Positions 26,991-40,304 of a stretch of DNA of 64,000 nt are shown one piece after another. Location: NCBI GenBank assembly GCA_965113315.1, contig OZ220364.1. The stretch is one strand, 5' to 3'. Source of the stretch: Podarcis vaucheri. Lineage: Eukaryota. The position numbers and the translations under genes are program-made. Positions within the stretch are counted from its first letter, which is position 1, and each line of letters begins with the position of its first letter. The notes under the pieces were generated by a model, which worked only from the letters and a program-made list of their open reading frames with translations, ran no database searches and was not told where the DNA came from.

Positions 26991-27202
26991 AAACTGTGTT
27001 TACTTTATATTAAGCTAACATCCACAAGTGTCATGGATCATGATGACCTTATTGCTTCTCAGATGTTCTGATATAGGCCTAGTTCTTACTGTGTTGGGAC
27101 TCTACCACTTCAGACTAAGTGTGAGGTTCATATAACAATTCTATCTTCAACAATGGAAAACACCTATAAAATAAAGAGAAGGGGGATAAGCTGCTCCAAC
27201 TG

Positions 27203-27450
27203 AAGAACATAAACCAGAGCCTGCTAAACCAGCCACTGGGTCCACCCTCCATTTCTCACAGTCGCCAACCAGATGCCCATGGGAAGTCTGCAAGCAGGAC
27301 CTGAGCACAACAGCCCTCTCCTCTCCTGAATTCCAGCAACTGCTATTCAGAGGCATGCTGCCTCTTAACAATAGAGGTAGAACATAGGCATCAGTGTTAG
27401 CAGCTACTGACAGCCTCCATGTATTTGTCTAATCCTCCTTTGAAGCCATC
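27203..27450 (-). mobile_element. CR1 3' UTR fragment
   Basis: Reverse-complement similarity to 25620-25828. Confidence 0.75.
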
Positions 27451-27675
27451 CTTCAACCTCAGCCCTTCACCTTTAACCTTACGTGATGCCGTCCAGATAC
27501 TTGACTGCCAGCTCGGGAGAACTAGGCCAAAGGAAGGAAGTTGATTTACTTAGACTATCAAGCGACTCCAACTTGTAATAAACGCGCAGGAAAGAAACAG
27601 AAACGGATTAAATGCTGTAAAAATATCACAAACGCACAAAATGACACCAGACATTCTGATGGAAATGAAACATAC

Positions 27676-28292
27676 TTTTCCCTCAGGTGCTGCAATTCTT
27701 TCTTCATGTCTGCATCTTCAAACTCTGAGTCATTGTCACTGCTCACATATGATGATTGTGAATGGAAAGAAGTTATGTTGATGGTTGGGATTTTTGATCC
27801 ATGACCATTAGGAGAATCAAGGCCTTGTGAACTGGACTTTCCAGACTTTTGCAGAAAAGATGAGGTCTTTTTCACGTAGTCATTTCCTGCACTACTGCTC
27901 TGTGGTGATGGTGGAGCTGCAGATGGTTTCCTTTGAAGAGATTCATCACCAGAATCACTAGAATCCTGACCACAAAGTACATCAATAGAGGATGCTGTCT
28001 GCACACGCCGCAAAGAAGTCTTCATATCAGGGCTAGAAGGTTGATCATCTAGATAAACATCTGGTGGTGCAGAGTATCTCAAGGAATGCACAGGTGGTAA
28101 AGTTAACTCATCCTGTGTACTGACCACTGAAAATCTGCCAATAGTTTTTGCTGGTGTGCTGTCGTGTGTGTCAGCTTGTTTCTCACTACAGCTTGAGTCC
28201 ACAGAGTCATCCTTTTCAGATTTACTTTTCTCTTCAAGTAACGGCGCAGTATTTTCCTTTTCACTCCTCATAGAAGCATCTTTCTGAGCAAC
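27676..28292 (-). CDS. WNK2: WNK2 exon with RFxV SPAK/OSR1-docking motif (GRFSV) and start of C-terminal coiled coil, phase 0->2
   Basis: ttacttcag|GTTGCT...GAAAA|gtatgt; PAKTIGRFSVVSTQDE...SSDNDSEFEDADMKKELQHLREK. Confidence 0.95.
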
Positions 28293-28761
28293 CTGAAGTA
28301 ACATACAAGAACATGGTCTAGTTGGAGAACATGGGTTGTATCTAATGCTGCTGTTACTTGTGTAATGGACTTCCACTTATGCAACAGAACTTCACTTTCC
28401 TCTTCCCCCGCCAGCCTACCACACACCCTCAAAATCTGCTCAATGATTGGGGACCCTCTGAGTCAGATCTGTGGGTGCAGAGAAAGGGTGAGTGGCTTGT
28501 GCAGCACTAGTTTTGATTACTACACCAGAACACGGAAAGCTGCCTTGTGGTGTGCCAGATCATTTGTCAATTTCTGTATACTGACTGGCAGCAACTCAGG
28601 GTATCTAGCAGGAGTCTTTTCCAACCCTATCTTGATATGGGAGAGATTGAATTTGGAACCTGCTGTATGTAAAGCAGGTGCTTTAACACCAAGTGCTTTA
28701 AGAATGATACGACAACGTAGAAAGGAAAACAATACACAGGTAAATTGTAAGTTCAGAATAC

Positions 28762-28817
28762 CTGAGGGAGTCCTGATGGTGTGCCAACAGAAGCGGAAGT
28801 AATGTTTGCAGCTTGTC
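28762..28817 (-). CDS. WNK2: WNK2 small exon (GQAANITSASVGTPSGLPQ), phase 1->0
   Basis: ttaaacag|GACAAG...CCTCAG|gtattc; bridges the phase to the next exon; ends PSGLPQ versus recalled human PSVPQ. Confidence 0.7.
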
Positions 28818-29043
28818 CTGTTTAATGCATTGGAAACAAAAATGGACACACATATGAGCAGACATATTTTGTTAAAAAGCACACACAACGCACACGTAGC
28901 TTAATGCACAGATGCTGCACAAGGCTGAAATCCCGGTGTCAATGGGTCATAGCAATGTGCAAGATTACAGCTCATGTCTATAGAACACAATGTAAATTAT
29001 GGTGGCAGATACAAGTTTTGAAACCACCCCAACGTTCATGATG

Positions 29044-29175
29044 TAAGACTATAAAGAAGAGCCTGCTGGCGATCTGATCCAGCATTCTGTTCTCACAAGT
29101 GACCAACCAGATGCCCGTGGGAAATCTGCAAGCAAGAGCTAAGCGCAGGAGCTCTCTCCCCCACCTTTGCATATT
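29044..29175 (-). mobile_element. CR1 3' end fragment
   Basis: agcattctgttctcaca...ccaaccagatgcccgtgggaa, similar to 27203-27330. Confidence 0.7.
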
Positions 29176-31197
29176 CAGACACAAGTTCAGTGTAATGAAC
29201 TGGCCTTTCCCACATTTCTCTGCAGAATTGAATGAAAAAGATTAAGAAGGCTTTAATGGAAAGAATTGGATGTTTATCTGCACGCAATGGATGAGCTTAA
29301 CAGCTCTGATAAGCCTTTTCCTTATAAAATCTTTTACACCCTATATTTTGGTCCATAAAAGGGCTCCCTGGGCAGTGCAATTGAATATATGTGATAAAGG
29401 AATGAGATCACAGCTGCTTGCCCCACCCACAGTGAGCACATGGTCAGCCCCAGTGTCTGATCTGTGGGTGTTTGATTTGCACTAGAGCTTACATGCAACA
29501 ACATCCAACATGTGTAAGCTTGAATTGTAGGCTTGATTCCAATATTATATGTGCAATAATTGTCCTTGCTTTTTCATGCATTCGCCCTATGGAAGCAAGG
29601 TCTAAAGGAAGGAGATGTGCCCATGGTGAGTGAGTTTAATACGTGTAGCTGCTCAGCAGATCAGGCTGCATCTACACATTTTACCTCCTCCCAGTCCATG
29701 ACAAATTACTTTCAGTATTCTAGATTTCAAAATATGAGGGTGGACTGACTTTGAACACAATAGGTATATATGTTCAAACCTCCACCTTTTGCATCTACGC
29801 TATAGCATCTAGTTCATACTGGGAAAGTTTTGCAGATCATAGATGGTCATGCAGTCTGCACATGCCACCTCCGGCCACATTAAGACTCCTTAGAAAGGTC
29901 AGAGGTATATATGTACACAGGTCAGGTAATTTGGCAACCGGAAATCTCAATCAGATTCTGTATAAAGATGTCTATGATTTTTTCCTTAAATCTTTTCTTT
30001 GCTATTGTGACAGGTTGATACTGGCTGTTGTTGTTGATGATGATGGTGGTGATGATTTTTTTTGGCCTGTATAATGCTTGCCTCCTTTTAAAACATAATT
30101 ATATTTGAAAGAATAAAGGTGCAATCTTAATCCTCAATCCATGATACTTGAAGGGATTAGGAGCTAGTGGGTGTTTCATCAGCAGGCAGGGGGTAGGATC
30201 TCTGCCTCTGCAGAGGCCTGAGCTACAGCTGCAGAAAGCATGGCAGAGTCAATACTACAACTGATGGTGTTCCTACCAGCAATAGCTGAAACAGGGGATC
30301 AAACAGCACCGTGTTGGGAGCAGAGTTGGTCTGGCCAAGAATCTGCTGGATCCTAAGGGGTCCAGCTGCCAGAGATCTGGTACAGCAAAAAAGGGGGGGG
30401 GATTAAGTTCCCCTCTACCTTCTGCCTTGACCTGTGCAAGTGGCAAGGTTTCTGATGTGCCTGTAGTTCTGCTGTTCTATTCACCCTGTTGCTCCCAGAA
30501 AGGAGTTAGGATGCTCAAGAATGCAGTTCAGTTAATAGCAAGAAAAACATTTCTCCATTTGATTGAGATTCTGCATGGAAATATCAGTCAATATCTTTCA
30601 GATTCTAAGTGGTACTAAAACAAAACCCTTTAAAAGGCACTCAGTTATCTGCAAAAACACCCAATGTGATTTTTTATTAAAAGCCATGACTTCCTTCTCA
30701 TAAATAAATAAATAAATAAATGGGAGGTGGGATGAGTGCACTCCTCAGTATATTTGGAAATACTTTCCCCTACCTTCTGTCTATGTGTAGAACAAGACTT
30801 GTATAGCAGCTAGATCTATGCCAAATTTGGATAGGGTATATATACATATAAAATATAATGTTTATCGGCCCAGGCCATGTGGTCAAATTAATGTGATCTC
30901 ATTCACACATTACATGTTGGGGCAAGTATTATCCAAACTGGGTTTAAATGTACCATATTTTGTATCATATGTTAAAAATTTAGATATATTATAACATATC
31001 CTTATGCATAACTAGTAAGTAGTTACATATGAATAAAGGCAAATATTTAAGTTTCTGATGTAGTTGCTGAAGCTATATCTGAAGGAACATTCCCAACTGC
31101 ACATAATTTGATTCCTAGAATTATTGCCAGTCATTGACGTTAGTTGGTCTGAAGAGTATCTATTAGGAAGAATAGACATTAAATTCATTGATGCTAC

Positions 31198-31270
31198 CTG
31201 CTCTGCTTGTTGATCCATGAGTTGTTTCTGAGGGCTGGATGCTGGTAGAAGTAACTTCTGCTTTTCTCAC
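31198..31270 (-). CDS. WNK2: WNK2 small exon (VRKAEVTSTSIQPSETTHGSTSRA), phase 0->1
   Basis: ccttttattaaag|GTGAGA...GCAG|gtagca; position and size resemble the recalled human VEKSELAP... exon. Confidence 0.7.
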
Positions 31271-31459
31271 CTTTAATAAAAGGACCATAATACAAATTAA
31301 CCTTTCAAAAGAAAGCAGAATGTTTGATTTACATAGAAATATGTATGCATCGTCTCTCAAGCTTATTTCATATTTATCCTAAAACAGGTATATCACACAC
31401 CAGTAACCTGCTTTCTTCCATTTTCCAGGTTCCATGTTAGTCTTTCTTAGATAGCTGAA

Positions 31460-31775
31460 TCTGGGGGTCGTGGATCCTGTCCGATGCCCTGCTGGTGGCT
31501 AGGGCCATGGCACGACCCCCGGTGACATCAGGGGAAGCTTCCAGTTGTATTTGCATCAACAAGCTCCTCCCACTGGTTGTTAACCTTCAAATGACTCCCC
31601 GCTGAGTAGGGTGGAGTCATATATTGATTGATTGATTGATCCAATTCCTAAGCCAATACCACTTACATGCTGTAACCAATAAAGCTGTGGCCTTATTTAG
31701 CCCATTAACCTAAAATGCATGTGTCCTTTGTGTCTTATTTATCCCTAAGTGGATGGTGGGTTCTCGACTCACAAA
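31460..31775 (+). mobile_element. Terminal-repeat-like fragment related to 23420-24160
   Basis: caataaagctgtggcc...ttatttatc...gactcacaa; internal hairpin gggggtcgtg/cacgaccccc. Confidence 0.5.
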
Positions 31776-32406
31776 CACCAATTCATTAAATTCCAGTGTT
31801 GGAGTCATAAGTATGACATAATATGTGTGGAGTGTTTAGGTGTATATTGCAATTTTTAGTAAATTCTAGGGGAATCTAGTTACTATTATGAAATCATCCA
31901 TACGCCAAGGATAATCAATTGAATTTGTTATTCACCTTTGGCCCACCCCTGATTAATGCCTTATAAAGAAGGTAGGCATTTCATGTGGTTATGGCACCCA
32001 GGAGGTGCCAGACTGCACTAATAGGACACTATCAGCCAAAGTTGGTAGTGTGCCAAATCCTGGTTAAAGAGTGCAGGGACTAGCAAATGGCTCAAGCACA
32101 TCTCTCTCGTGCTCTCCAGTCCCTGGAACTAGGGCCTTTATCCTGAATGAACCCATGCACTGGAGAAAAGTTTCATAGGGTGGGATTCAACTAAGTATGC
32201 AATAGTGTGGATGTAATAATGAATTCACAGAGCTAATATTCAACATGTGTTCATGCTGCTGGCCAAAATAACATCACAACAACTGATATTAGGGTGGGCC
32301 CTATTAGGCTTTTGGCAGTTCAGGATCCCAACATGTACTGGATTCTTCTGACAACTCAGCTTCATGTAGCTTTCATTAAAAAATAAATAAATCTGTTCAC
32401 TTGTTA

Positions 32407-32759
32407 AAAAGGTAAAGGGACCCCTGACCATTAGGTCCAGTCGTGGTCGACTCTAGGGTTGCGGTGCTCATCTCACTTTATTGGCTGAGAGAGCCGGCGT
32501 ACAGCTTCTGGGTCATGTGGCCAGCATGACTGAGCCGCTTCTGGAGAACCAGAACAGCGCACGGAAACGCCGTTTACCTTCCCGCCGGAGCAGTACCTAT
32601 TTATCTACTTGCACTTTGATGTGCTTTCGAACTGCTAGGTTGGCAGGAGCAGGGACGGAGCAACGGAAGCACACCCTGTCGCGGGGATTCGAACTGCCAA
32701 CCTTCTGATCGGCAAGCCCTAGGCTCTGTGGTTTAACCCACAGTGCCACCCGCGTCCCT
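32407..32759 (-). mobile_element. Full-length Sauria SINE (Squam1-type)
   Basis: tRNA-like head GGGACGCGGGTGGCACTGTGGGTTAAACC...GTTCGAATCCC, ACCTTT tail, 11-bp TSD ttcacttgtta (32396-32406 and 32760-32770). Confidence 0.92.
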
Positions 32760-33662
32760 TTCACTTGTTACTTTGCCCCAAATTCTTCCCAGGGCGAGAT
32801 TAGGAGCAGATGTCTGATTTGTGCACGCCTCTCCTCACTTCTATCACTACAGGAAGAAGTTAATCAATGTACTGATAAATGTGTTTATCAGAACAGGAAA
32901 TCTTCCTTGGGAAACAGAACCCACTAGAAAGGGGCAAAAGATATTGCAGAGTCAATATCTACATGCAGACTTCTTCATTAGACTTGGGGGGAAGGAAGAG
33001 CACAGAATTCCTACCTTGATCTCACCTTTGGCAAAATCCTATACATCAAATAATGAGCAGCCAGCCAAATGAGAGAAATAAGGCTATGAATGCAATATAC
33101 CTTATTTTCATTCTCATATTCCAATAAGCAATTTCTTAGTTGAAAAAAAATGTTAAGTTTAAAATAAGGCTTGGTTTCACCAATGTTCAGAAAGTAAGGG
33201 CCAATGGTAACAACACATTAGAATTTATTTTGATCATGGGCACCAGATTTTTCTCTCTGTGCATAGAACTTTTGAGTGGAGGAGGAAGTAAAGTTTACTT
33301 TAAAAAAAATAATAATTAAGAGGACTTTGTACTATCTTGGTAGTTAGACCTCAAATACCCTGAAACATAATGCACCCCTCTCAAATGACAAATTTGTTTT
33401 TTGTCTCTTAAGGATAATGACAGTGAGTTTGCAATGTTTGATGAAGGCATGTATTGTACACCACAAAGAAAGAATATTTTTAAAATTTGCACCAATAACT
33501 GAGAACCATGTATTTGCTTTGTGAAGCAGACCACACAGCATAACAAGGGCAATAGTTTGAAAAAGGCTACCATCGGCTCTTCGTTTCTGAATTCTGGTTT
33601 ACAAGGCCCATAAACTGCAGCACTCTTAGCAGAGGTTTGCATGATTTCTGTGTCAGTGGTAC

Positions 33663-34735
33663 CACAGGCACCACAGCCACAGGTTGACTTGCCGGAACAG
33701 GAGACGTGGTGAGTTCAGGTTGATCCTCAGCTGACTTAACATCCATGCCAGCTGCAGGAACTTTCAGGTCCAACACAAGCGCAGGCAAAGGTGCCAAGTT
33801 AAATTCACCATCTCCTTGGTCTATAGGTACAAAGCTGTCCGGTGTTGCTGCAGATGCAGAAGATGTCGGGACATACTCCTGGTAGAGCAAGTTGCGCAGC
33901 TTCTCATCCAGACTCTTTATTGTGTTGTCAGCAAAATCAACTCTTGGTGGCCCTTCACCGTCTGATTCTACAGCACAAGGCGGCTGAGGAGCGCTAACTG
34001 CAAGGCCAGTGGATGACGCGGGCTGGGACTGGGCTTGTAACTGGGATGTAGCTGCTGATGAGTGAGGGGGACTTGAAAGCTGAGGTGCTACTGGAATCAG
34101 AGGATCAGGGACAGCAGACACAGGAGCTGCCTGGCTTGCAAAAGAAGGAGGCATCTGACTAGGCTGACTGCTGTCTGGCAAGCTGAGGATTTGTGTTGGA
34201 GGCTGGTGTTCCAAAATAGTCGCATCAGAGACAGCAGGGAGTGGGTGGGCTTCTGCTGCCTGTGCAGGAACAGTCTGGATCGGCTCTGGCAGCCCAGCAG
34301 TGCCCTGTTCAGCCTCTGTCTCAGGGACACAAGGGTTTTCATCTATTCGTTGGAGTGCCTGCAATGGGGGATTTAGAGGAAGCTGAGCCTCAGGACGTTC
34401 TTCGAGTGAAGTTGCACTGGGGGCAGCAGGTGTACCAGGCTGACTGGATGCAACAGGCTGTTGTTGCGGAGGGTACTCTGGTTGGCCTGTGTTGTCAGCA
34501 ACCTGTTCTGGAGCACATGGAGCCGTCACTGGGGGTGTTGCAGTGGATGTTTCTGGCTGGACCTGTGGAAGGGTGGTTGGTGCTGCAGTGGAGACTTGTG
34601 TCAGAGGAGCAGGAGCAGGAGTTGCTTTGGGGCTGTCCGTGGCACTCCTTTGACTTGAAAGCTGCTGATGGGCTGTGTTTGTGGGTTTGTCTGTTGCTGT
34701 AGAGCTCTGCTGCTGATCATCTGACTGTTCTACAT
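33663..34735 (-). CDS. WNK2: WNK2 large Pro/Ser/Gln-rich exon including ESDGEGPP...[15 protein letters not shown], phase 1->0 (3' boundary uncertain)
   Basis: ttatttacag|ATGTAG...; frame is continuous with ORF 33567..34529; best in-phase donor is CCTGTG|gtacca. Confidence 0.88.
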
Positions 34736-35689
34736 CTGTAAATAACAGAAAAGGAAACCCTGAGTTCAGAGAATGGCACTTCCGTTTGTAGCCTCAAATG
34801 GAGCCTCAAACATATGACCAGAAATGTAAGAGCAGAATGATAAAATGCTTTAAACAGCTGACGTGCTCTCCTTGTCTTAAAGCAGTTTTAAAACAGATGA
34901 TTTTCTGTATGTAAACAAGAATATTGTGTACATTTTGTTTTACATCTACAGCTAAAACGTGATCATAACGACAGGCTACTCTCGCTTACTATAACAGCTA
35001 TATATAGCAATTTTTCTAATGCAAGATGTATTGCCCCTTATTGGCTATTAGTAGTAATGATGCACTGCCCCATTTCAACCAACTGGAAAATTGAGATTAA
35101 TAACAAGGTGGTGCATGCATTACAGAGTCTTTAAAATTCATTTATGTGACAGGAACTTCAATTACATCTACGCATGTAAAACAAAAAGGATCAAGTTCAA
35201 TGTTCATAAATGCGTACTCTTTTGTAGCAAGGTTTTGACACTAATTTGCCTCTAACTTGTTCTGCTTGCCCTTGGCTATTCCAATTCTCTTGAGTAATGA
35301 ATGATTGAAATAAATGCCTTTTCCGGGGAAAGCTAATTGCTACTTTAAAGCTATGGGACCCACACATTTGTGGATGGCTTCTGCGTGCAACTGCCTCTGC
35401 ATTATTGATTGTGGCCCATCAAACCCTGGTGACAAAAGAAATGAAAATCCTGAAGATGGTATCTTAAATAACTCCAAATATATTTTTATTGGCCACGTAG
35501 TTAGTTTTAAATGCTTTCCTGCTATATCTTTTCACTTTCCCATGTGTTTCCTTTTTGAAAAATAGTAAATGAGGTTTTAAAAGGTAGCGAGTTTTCTCTT
35601 ATGCTATGATTTTTGTGTAAGTGCCTGGAAGGACAGGAACATATAGGAATTCTATGATTTGTTCTTAAATCTTTAAAGTTCTCAAGTAC

Positions 35690-35806
35690 CTGGAGCGTCG
35701 GCCTGTTTTGCACTTTGAGGAGCTGGTGAAGTGAATTCTGGTGCTTCAGCAGCTGGATTTTCCACAACAGGACAAATGATAAACCACCGCTTTCCTGTAT
35801 GCAGAA
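35690..35806 (-). CDS. WNK2: WNK2 exon (VLHTGKRWFIICPVVE...), phase 1->1
   Basis: tgtgattag|TTCTG...CCAG|gtactt; 117 nt. Confidence 0.93.
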
Positions 35807-36094
35807 CTAATCACAAAAGGAGGGTTGGAATGGTCACTATTTCTATATCAAACACAGGCAAGAGGCTGATATTGCTCCAATGAAATCAGCACATAATGCA
35901 AAAGATACACTGTCTTTAATTTCAAGAAGAAATTCAAAACACAGTAATGCAGGATTACCACATTTAAAGATGATGCTTCCCCAAGGCTGATAGAAATAAT
36001 GAAGTCTAGAGCAACGGCTACCGTCATGCTTGCAGCCTAATCCTAGACATGTTTCTTCAAGAACAGGGGTGAGCAAACATGCCAATATCAGTTT

Positions 36095-36460
36095 CTCCCA
36101 ATTTTTTATCCATCTTAAATTCAGTTCTCTACATTTCCATAGGAGTTTTATTTTTTTTCTTTAAAAAAGTCATCATGAAAATTCATTAGTAAGTTTCTCC
36201 TAATATACACATTTTTGTACAGAGTTCTGTGGAATATACGCAGAGCAATTTCCCCTGATATATTGCATTTTTATGCACATTTCATTGTAGTATATGCATT
36301 TTTGTAAACATTATTGGACTGGAGAACTGCAATGCAAAATTTGGAAAAGTCTGAATTCTGACTGATGGCAGTGTTTCAGTTCTTATATTTTTTTCAGAAA
36401 GTCTGAGCAAGGTAGGTTCACTTTTAATGCAAACAGAATTGAATTTCCCTGCCATCCCTA
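36095..36460. mobile_element. Decayed interspersed repeat (probable non-autonomous DNA element)
   Basis: Resembles a squamate repeat recalled from memory; a related fragment may lie near 47690-47900. Confidence 0.4.
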
Positions 36461-37143
36461 CTCAGAAATAAATCTCACCGTGTGCAGGCAATTGTGCACA
36501 GATGCACAGTGTTGCATTCAGACCATGACAAAATTGGGTTCATTAATTTCAACAGGCTTACTATGAACAAAATTTAGAATAGCACCCATAATAAGTGAAT
36601 TGAAAGCTAGAAGCAATCTTTGCAGGATTTTGAGGCTTAGGCTATGTGTTTTAGATTTCATCTTCTGCCAAAACCTGTAGACTACCAGAAAGCCACAATT
36701 AATATGCTTACACTTATCTTTTATGTCTGAAGTAGTGCATATATGCACATGTAGAGACAAACCTCTTTTGAGGTGGAAAGGTATCCTGAAGGATGGAAGT
36801 GTCACCAGCACAGCGCTACTATGATATTCATAACTGATTTGCCAACGTAAGTAAGAGTCAGGAAGAAACATTACTTGCAATAGGGAGAACAATCAGTCAG
36901 TGCTCATTTCCCTTTAATGTAATGGTGCCATCTAGCAAGACTAATAGCAGTTGGAAGACTGTTCCCCCGTGACACTAATCAGACTTAAGCTTGGGGCTTG
37001 CTCTGTAGAATGTTTAGTGGCTGGGCTGATGAACTCTAAAAATAGATAATTGTCAGTGATATCCAATATAGATTAATTGCTTTACAGGGGTTTTTTTGGG
37101 GGGGGGCGGGTTGTCACTTATATAATCATGGAAACACTTTTAC

Positions 37144-37189
37144 CATTCTGTTGGTACACTGGCATTCTTGCCTGGGATTGCCGATTCAC
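37144..37189 (-). CDS. WNK2: WNK2 small exon (VNRQSQARMPVYQQN), phase 0->1
   Basis: taaatag|GTGAAT...AATG|gtaaag; 46 nt. Confidence 0.88.
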
Positions 37190-37370
37190 CTATTTAAAAT
37201 GAAAAAGACCATTAGTAGTCTGCAGGCATTTATCTGTGGTTGAAAGTTCTGCTTAATGAAATAAGCAAAAAATATTATACTATTACATAGTTCTTTTAGT
37301 GGAAGCTGTTGAAGACAATTAGAGTAGACTTTCATCTACCTTTGGTGGGATGGGTTTTTTTTAGCAATAC

Positions 37371-37538
37371 CTCATTGTTTTCCAGCCTGCAGGTGTCTTG
37401 CTGAGGGCTTGCACCCTGATCAGAACTTCGTTCCCCTTCTGTATCTTCACTAAGCATATCTTCTGCTTTGTCAATTATTTCTTTCAGTTGCTCTATAAAT
37501 ATCTCTTTCTCAGTAGGCAATATAAATTCGTTTTCTAC
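37371..37538 (-). CDS. WNK2: WNK2 exon (VENEFILPTEKEIFIEQLKEIIDKAEDML...), phase 0->0
   Basis: ccctatag|GTAGAA...AATGAG|gtattg. Confidence 0.94.
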
Positions 37539-38632
37539 CTATAGGGATACACAGATATATATATTTTAAAACTGCATTCTCTTTAGTGTTCGCTCTGTAG
37601 TAACTTCATAACAAGAAGTAACTGTATGGCCAATTTAAATCTTTTAAAAATAGCATGCAGTGGAAAGAAGTTCCACATATATGGAACTGGGTGTGTATGA
37701 CGCTTTACATTTGAAATGAACGAATCTTTTCCCTGGCCAACAGAGCTGAGCAAAGCTACAGAAATTATTCATTGCTCTTATGTAACTGACCTATCTTGAT
37801 TGAGCAGTAAATGAATGCATTAGCGCATGAGAGGCATTTCAAAATATGCACAAGCTTCAAGGACTAGTTGATGGGTCACTGGGAACTTTCAACTTGCCCT
37901 GCTTATGCCAGAGCAATTAAGGATAGCATATTGAATATCTCTGAGCCAAATTAGCAACAGTATTCATGAACACCTGAAGCATCTGTTGCACATATGCAAC
38001 AATAATAAATTGTGACTAGCATGTATGAAGGCCAGAGTAGCACCTCTCATCCCACACGGCACACTGACTTCCCAAACAGTAAGGAGAAGAGTGCAAAAGT
38101 GGGTCACTCATTGGGAGGTAAGATAACATCCCCTCTTACTATTAGCCTGTGTGTATAGTCTAAGTCTAGCTTCCCCTTCCTGCTTACCAGGCATCAACAA
38201 AGAGACCCCTTTTTCTTTTATTCTTCTTCTGGGAGGATGAGCACACTGCAGAGCAAAGCATCAGCTTGCAACCATCAGCCATAGTCACTTCCCAAGAACT
38301 CCTCTGGGTCCATATGGGTCCCAGGGTCAATTTGAAGAGGCCAGCCCTTCGCTTTGACGTGATCCCAGCCAACTCAGAAGGTTTAAAGAAGAAGAAGTTA
38401 AAAATAATTAAAAATAGGAGGGGTAGGAAGCCTTGGCATGTGGTTTCCATGGGTGCCAGGGTGTCTATCAGCACCATACTGGGCACCAACACACATTCAG
38501 AAATGGGATGCTAAACAGAAATCAGGCTGCACCTCAATAGCTCCCTTCTGAACGATCAGAAATACTTTTCTGTGGCTGTACTAAGAAGGCGGTGGCATCA
38601 ATTCAGCTAATGAATCTAAAGAAAGATCTTAC

Positions 38633-38749
38633 CATGTAAGTAGCAATTTCTTCTGGTGCATCGCCATCTAAATCAAACTTAAATGTAACCATTTTGTGAT
38701 TGTGTGTTTCTAGCTGGCATTCCACCATCTTATCCCCTGTGTTGCATAC
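38633..38749 (-). CDS. WNK2: WNK2 exon, second CCT/PF2-like domain, phase 0->0
   Basis: tttttatag|GTATGC...TACATG|gtaaga; [39 protein letters not shown]. Confidence 0.97.
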
Positions 38750-38954
38750 CTATAAAAAGAATCAATAATTATTTCTAACACTCCCAAAGGAGCCCAGGGT
38801 GGCAAAAATATATCATTCATAAATATTCTGTCATTAAAGTAATTCTCCCAACCAGAAATTTCAGGGTTGCCAGAAATAGTATCTTTTACTCATGCGTGGG
38901 TAGAACAGGAATATAAATATATAAGTAAGTCTTAAGCAAATGTAGCTGACTTAC

Positions 38955-39120
38955 ATTTAAAATTGTCAGTTTGGGCCTGTTGGATTTTTCCTGGCGTGAA
39001 CGAGTACGTGTTGATTTCTTATGCTTCTTGGAAGATTTTCCTTCCTGTTTACTACTTCCACTTGTCCCTTCAAAACTGTCACTCATCTCTTTACCAGAAG
39101 CCACATCAGGACTCATGTAA
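38955..39120 (-). CDS. WNK2: WNK2 exon (SYMSPDVASGKEMSDS...RPKLTILN), phase 2->0
   Basis: ttgcaaag|TTAC...TTAAAT|gtaagt. Confidence 0.95.
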
Positions 39121-40135
39121 CTTTGCAATAAGGAGTAAAATGAAGACAGAAGACAAATAGTATGAACATGCAGCATTCTTTTAAAAGCTCCCCCCTCAAA
39201 ATCAGCACAAACTCTTTAGAACATGCCTTTTTGCAAGAGATCAAAGGTCCACCTCATTAGGTAGTCCGTCTCTAATGCTGCCAGCAAGATTTTTACTATG
39301 AATTTTAACTGCCATGTTGACTGACAGATCTATCCATCAATGTGTCTAAATTTAGTATTTCTTTTTATTTGTCCAGAACCTACTGAGAAGCAGTACTCAC
39401 TTGGTGACCTACTGGCAAACTACATTTGGCTTGGAGGGTCCCAAGCTATGCATTGGTAGAAGAGGATATTTATAAATAAATTTTAAGATTCTGTGCTTCC
39501 TTTTTCATCCAGGCTTTGACTGCACAGAATTTGCTCAAATCAAACAGTCCCTCATATCAAATTAGGAAACAGACATCAGATGGACAACTATTTCTTTCAG
39601 CTGTTTAAATGCATTTATGTTTTTAATTAAAAATATCCTCATGCTCTTCTCTCAGTGTACCTTCGGAAACATAATGACTAAGAACAACAACAAAACTGAA
39701 GATTTGGGGGGGGGGGTCTGGAACAGTTTTTTAAAAATAGTGTTCTGATTAGATGATCAACAGCGGAAGACAAGTTGTTGAAAATACAATTTCTCCATTA
39801 TTATTAAATGTTTCTGCGGTACACATCAGCACAGTCTTGGGAACTGCAGCAGCAGGGGTGTTGCTAGCCACATGCTTGGTGTTTCACAGGGGTTCTTTGG
39901 CTTCATGTGCCTGTTTCTCTGCTGTAACAAGAATACACAAACCAAGGATGTAAACTGCAGGTTTCTTTCTCCCCCAGCCCTAGACAGAGGGGAGAAATAA
40001 GTGCTTTTCCAGCCCTAGGCTCCTTGCTAGCCCCTGTCGTTTGGGAACGGCTAAGCATAGGGCCAGCAAAATGCTTCTTTCTCTTTTTTTTAACTAATCA
40101 CCAGTTACTCAACCCCAGCTGTTGAGTAGAGATTA

Positions 40136-40304
40136 CCGTATTTTTCGCTCTATAATACGCACCCGACCATAACACGCACGTAGTTTTTAGAGGAGGAAAA
40201 TCTGCAGGCATGCCACCCATAGGCATTCCCTCCATAACACGCACAGACATTTCCCCTTACTTTTTAGGAAGAAAATAGTGAGTGTTATGGTGCAAAAAAT
40301 ACGG
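40136..40304. mobile_element. pogo/Tigger-like MITE
   Basis: TA-CCGTATTTTT...AAAAATACGG-TA terminal inverted repeats with TA duplication. Confidence 0.85.

Noticed and set aside
30419-30460. 42-nt phase 1-1 exon candidate (GTSETLPLAQVKAE)
   Set aside because: Purine-rich acceptor with no pyrimidine tract, in repeat-like sequence that is similar to a stretch near 53760.
34097-34702. Overlapping alternative-frame and antisense ORFs
   Set aside because: Shadow ORFs of the GC-rich WNK2 exon.
39770-39930. Exon-like acceptor between exons 40616 and 39120
   Set aside because: Stops in all three frames; the true bridging exon is at 40616-40665.
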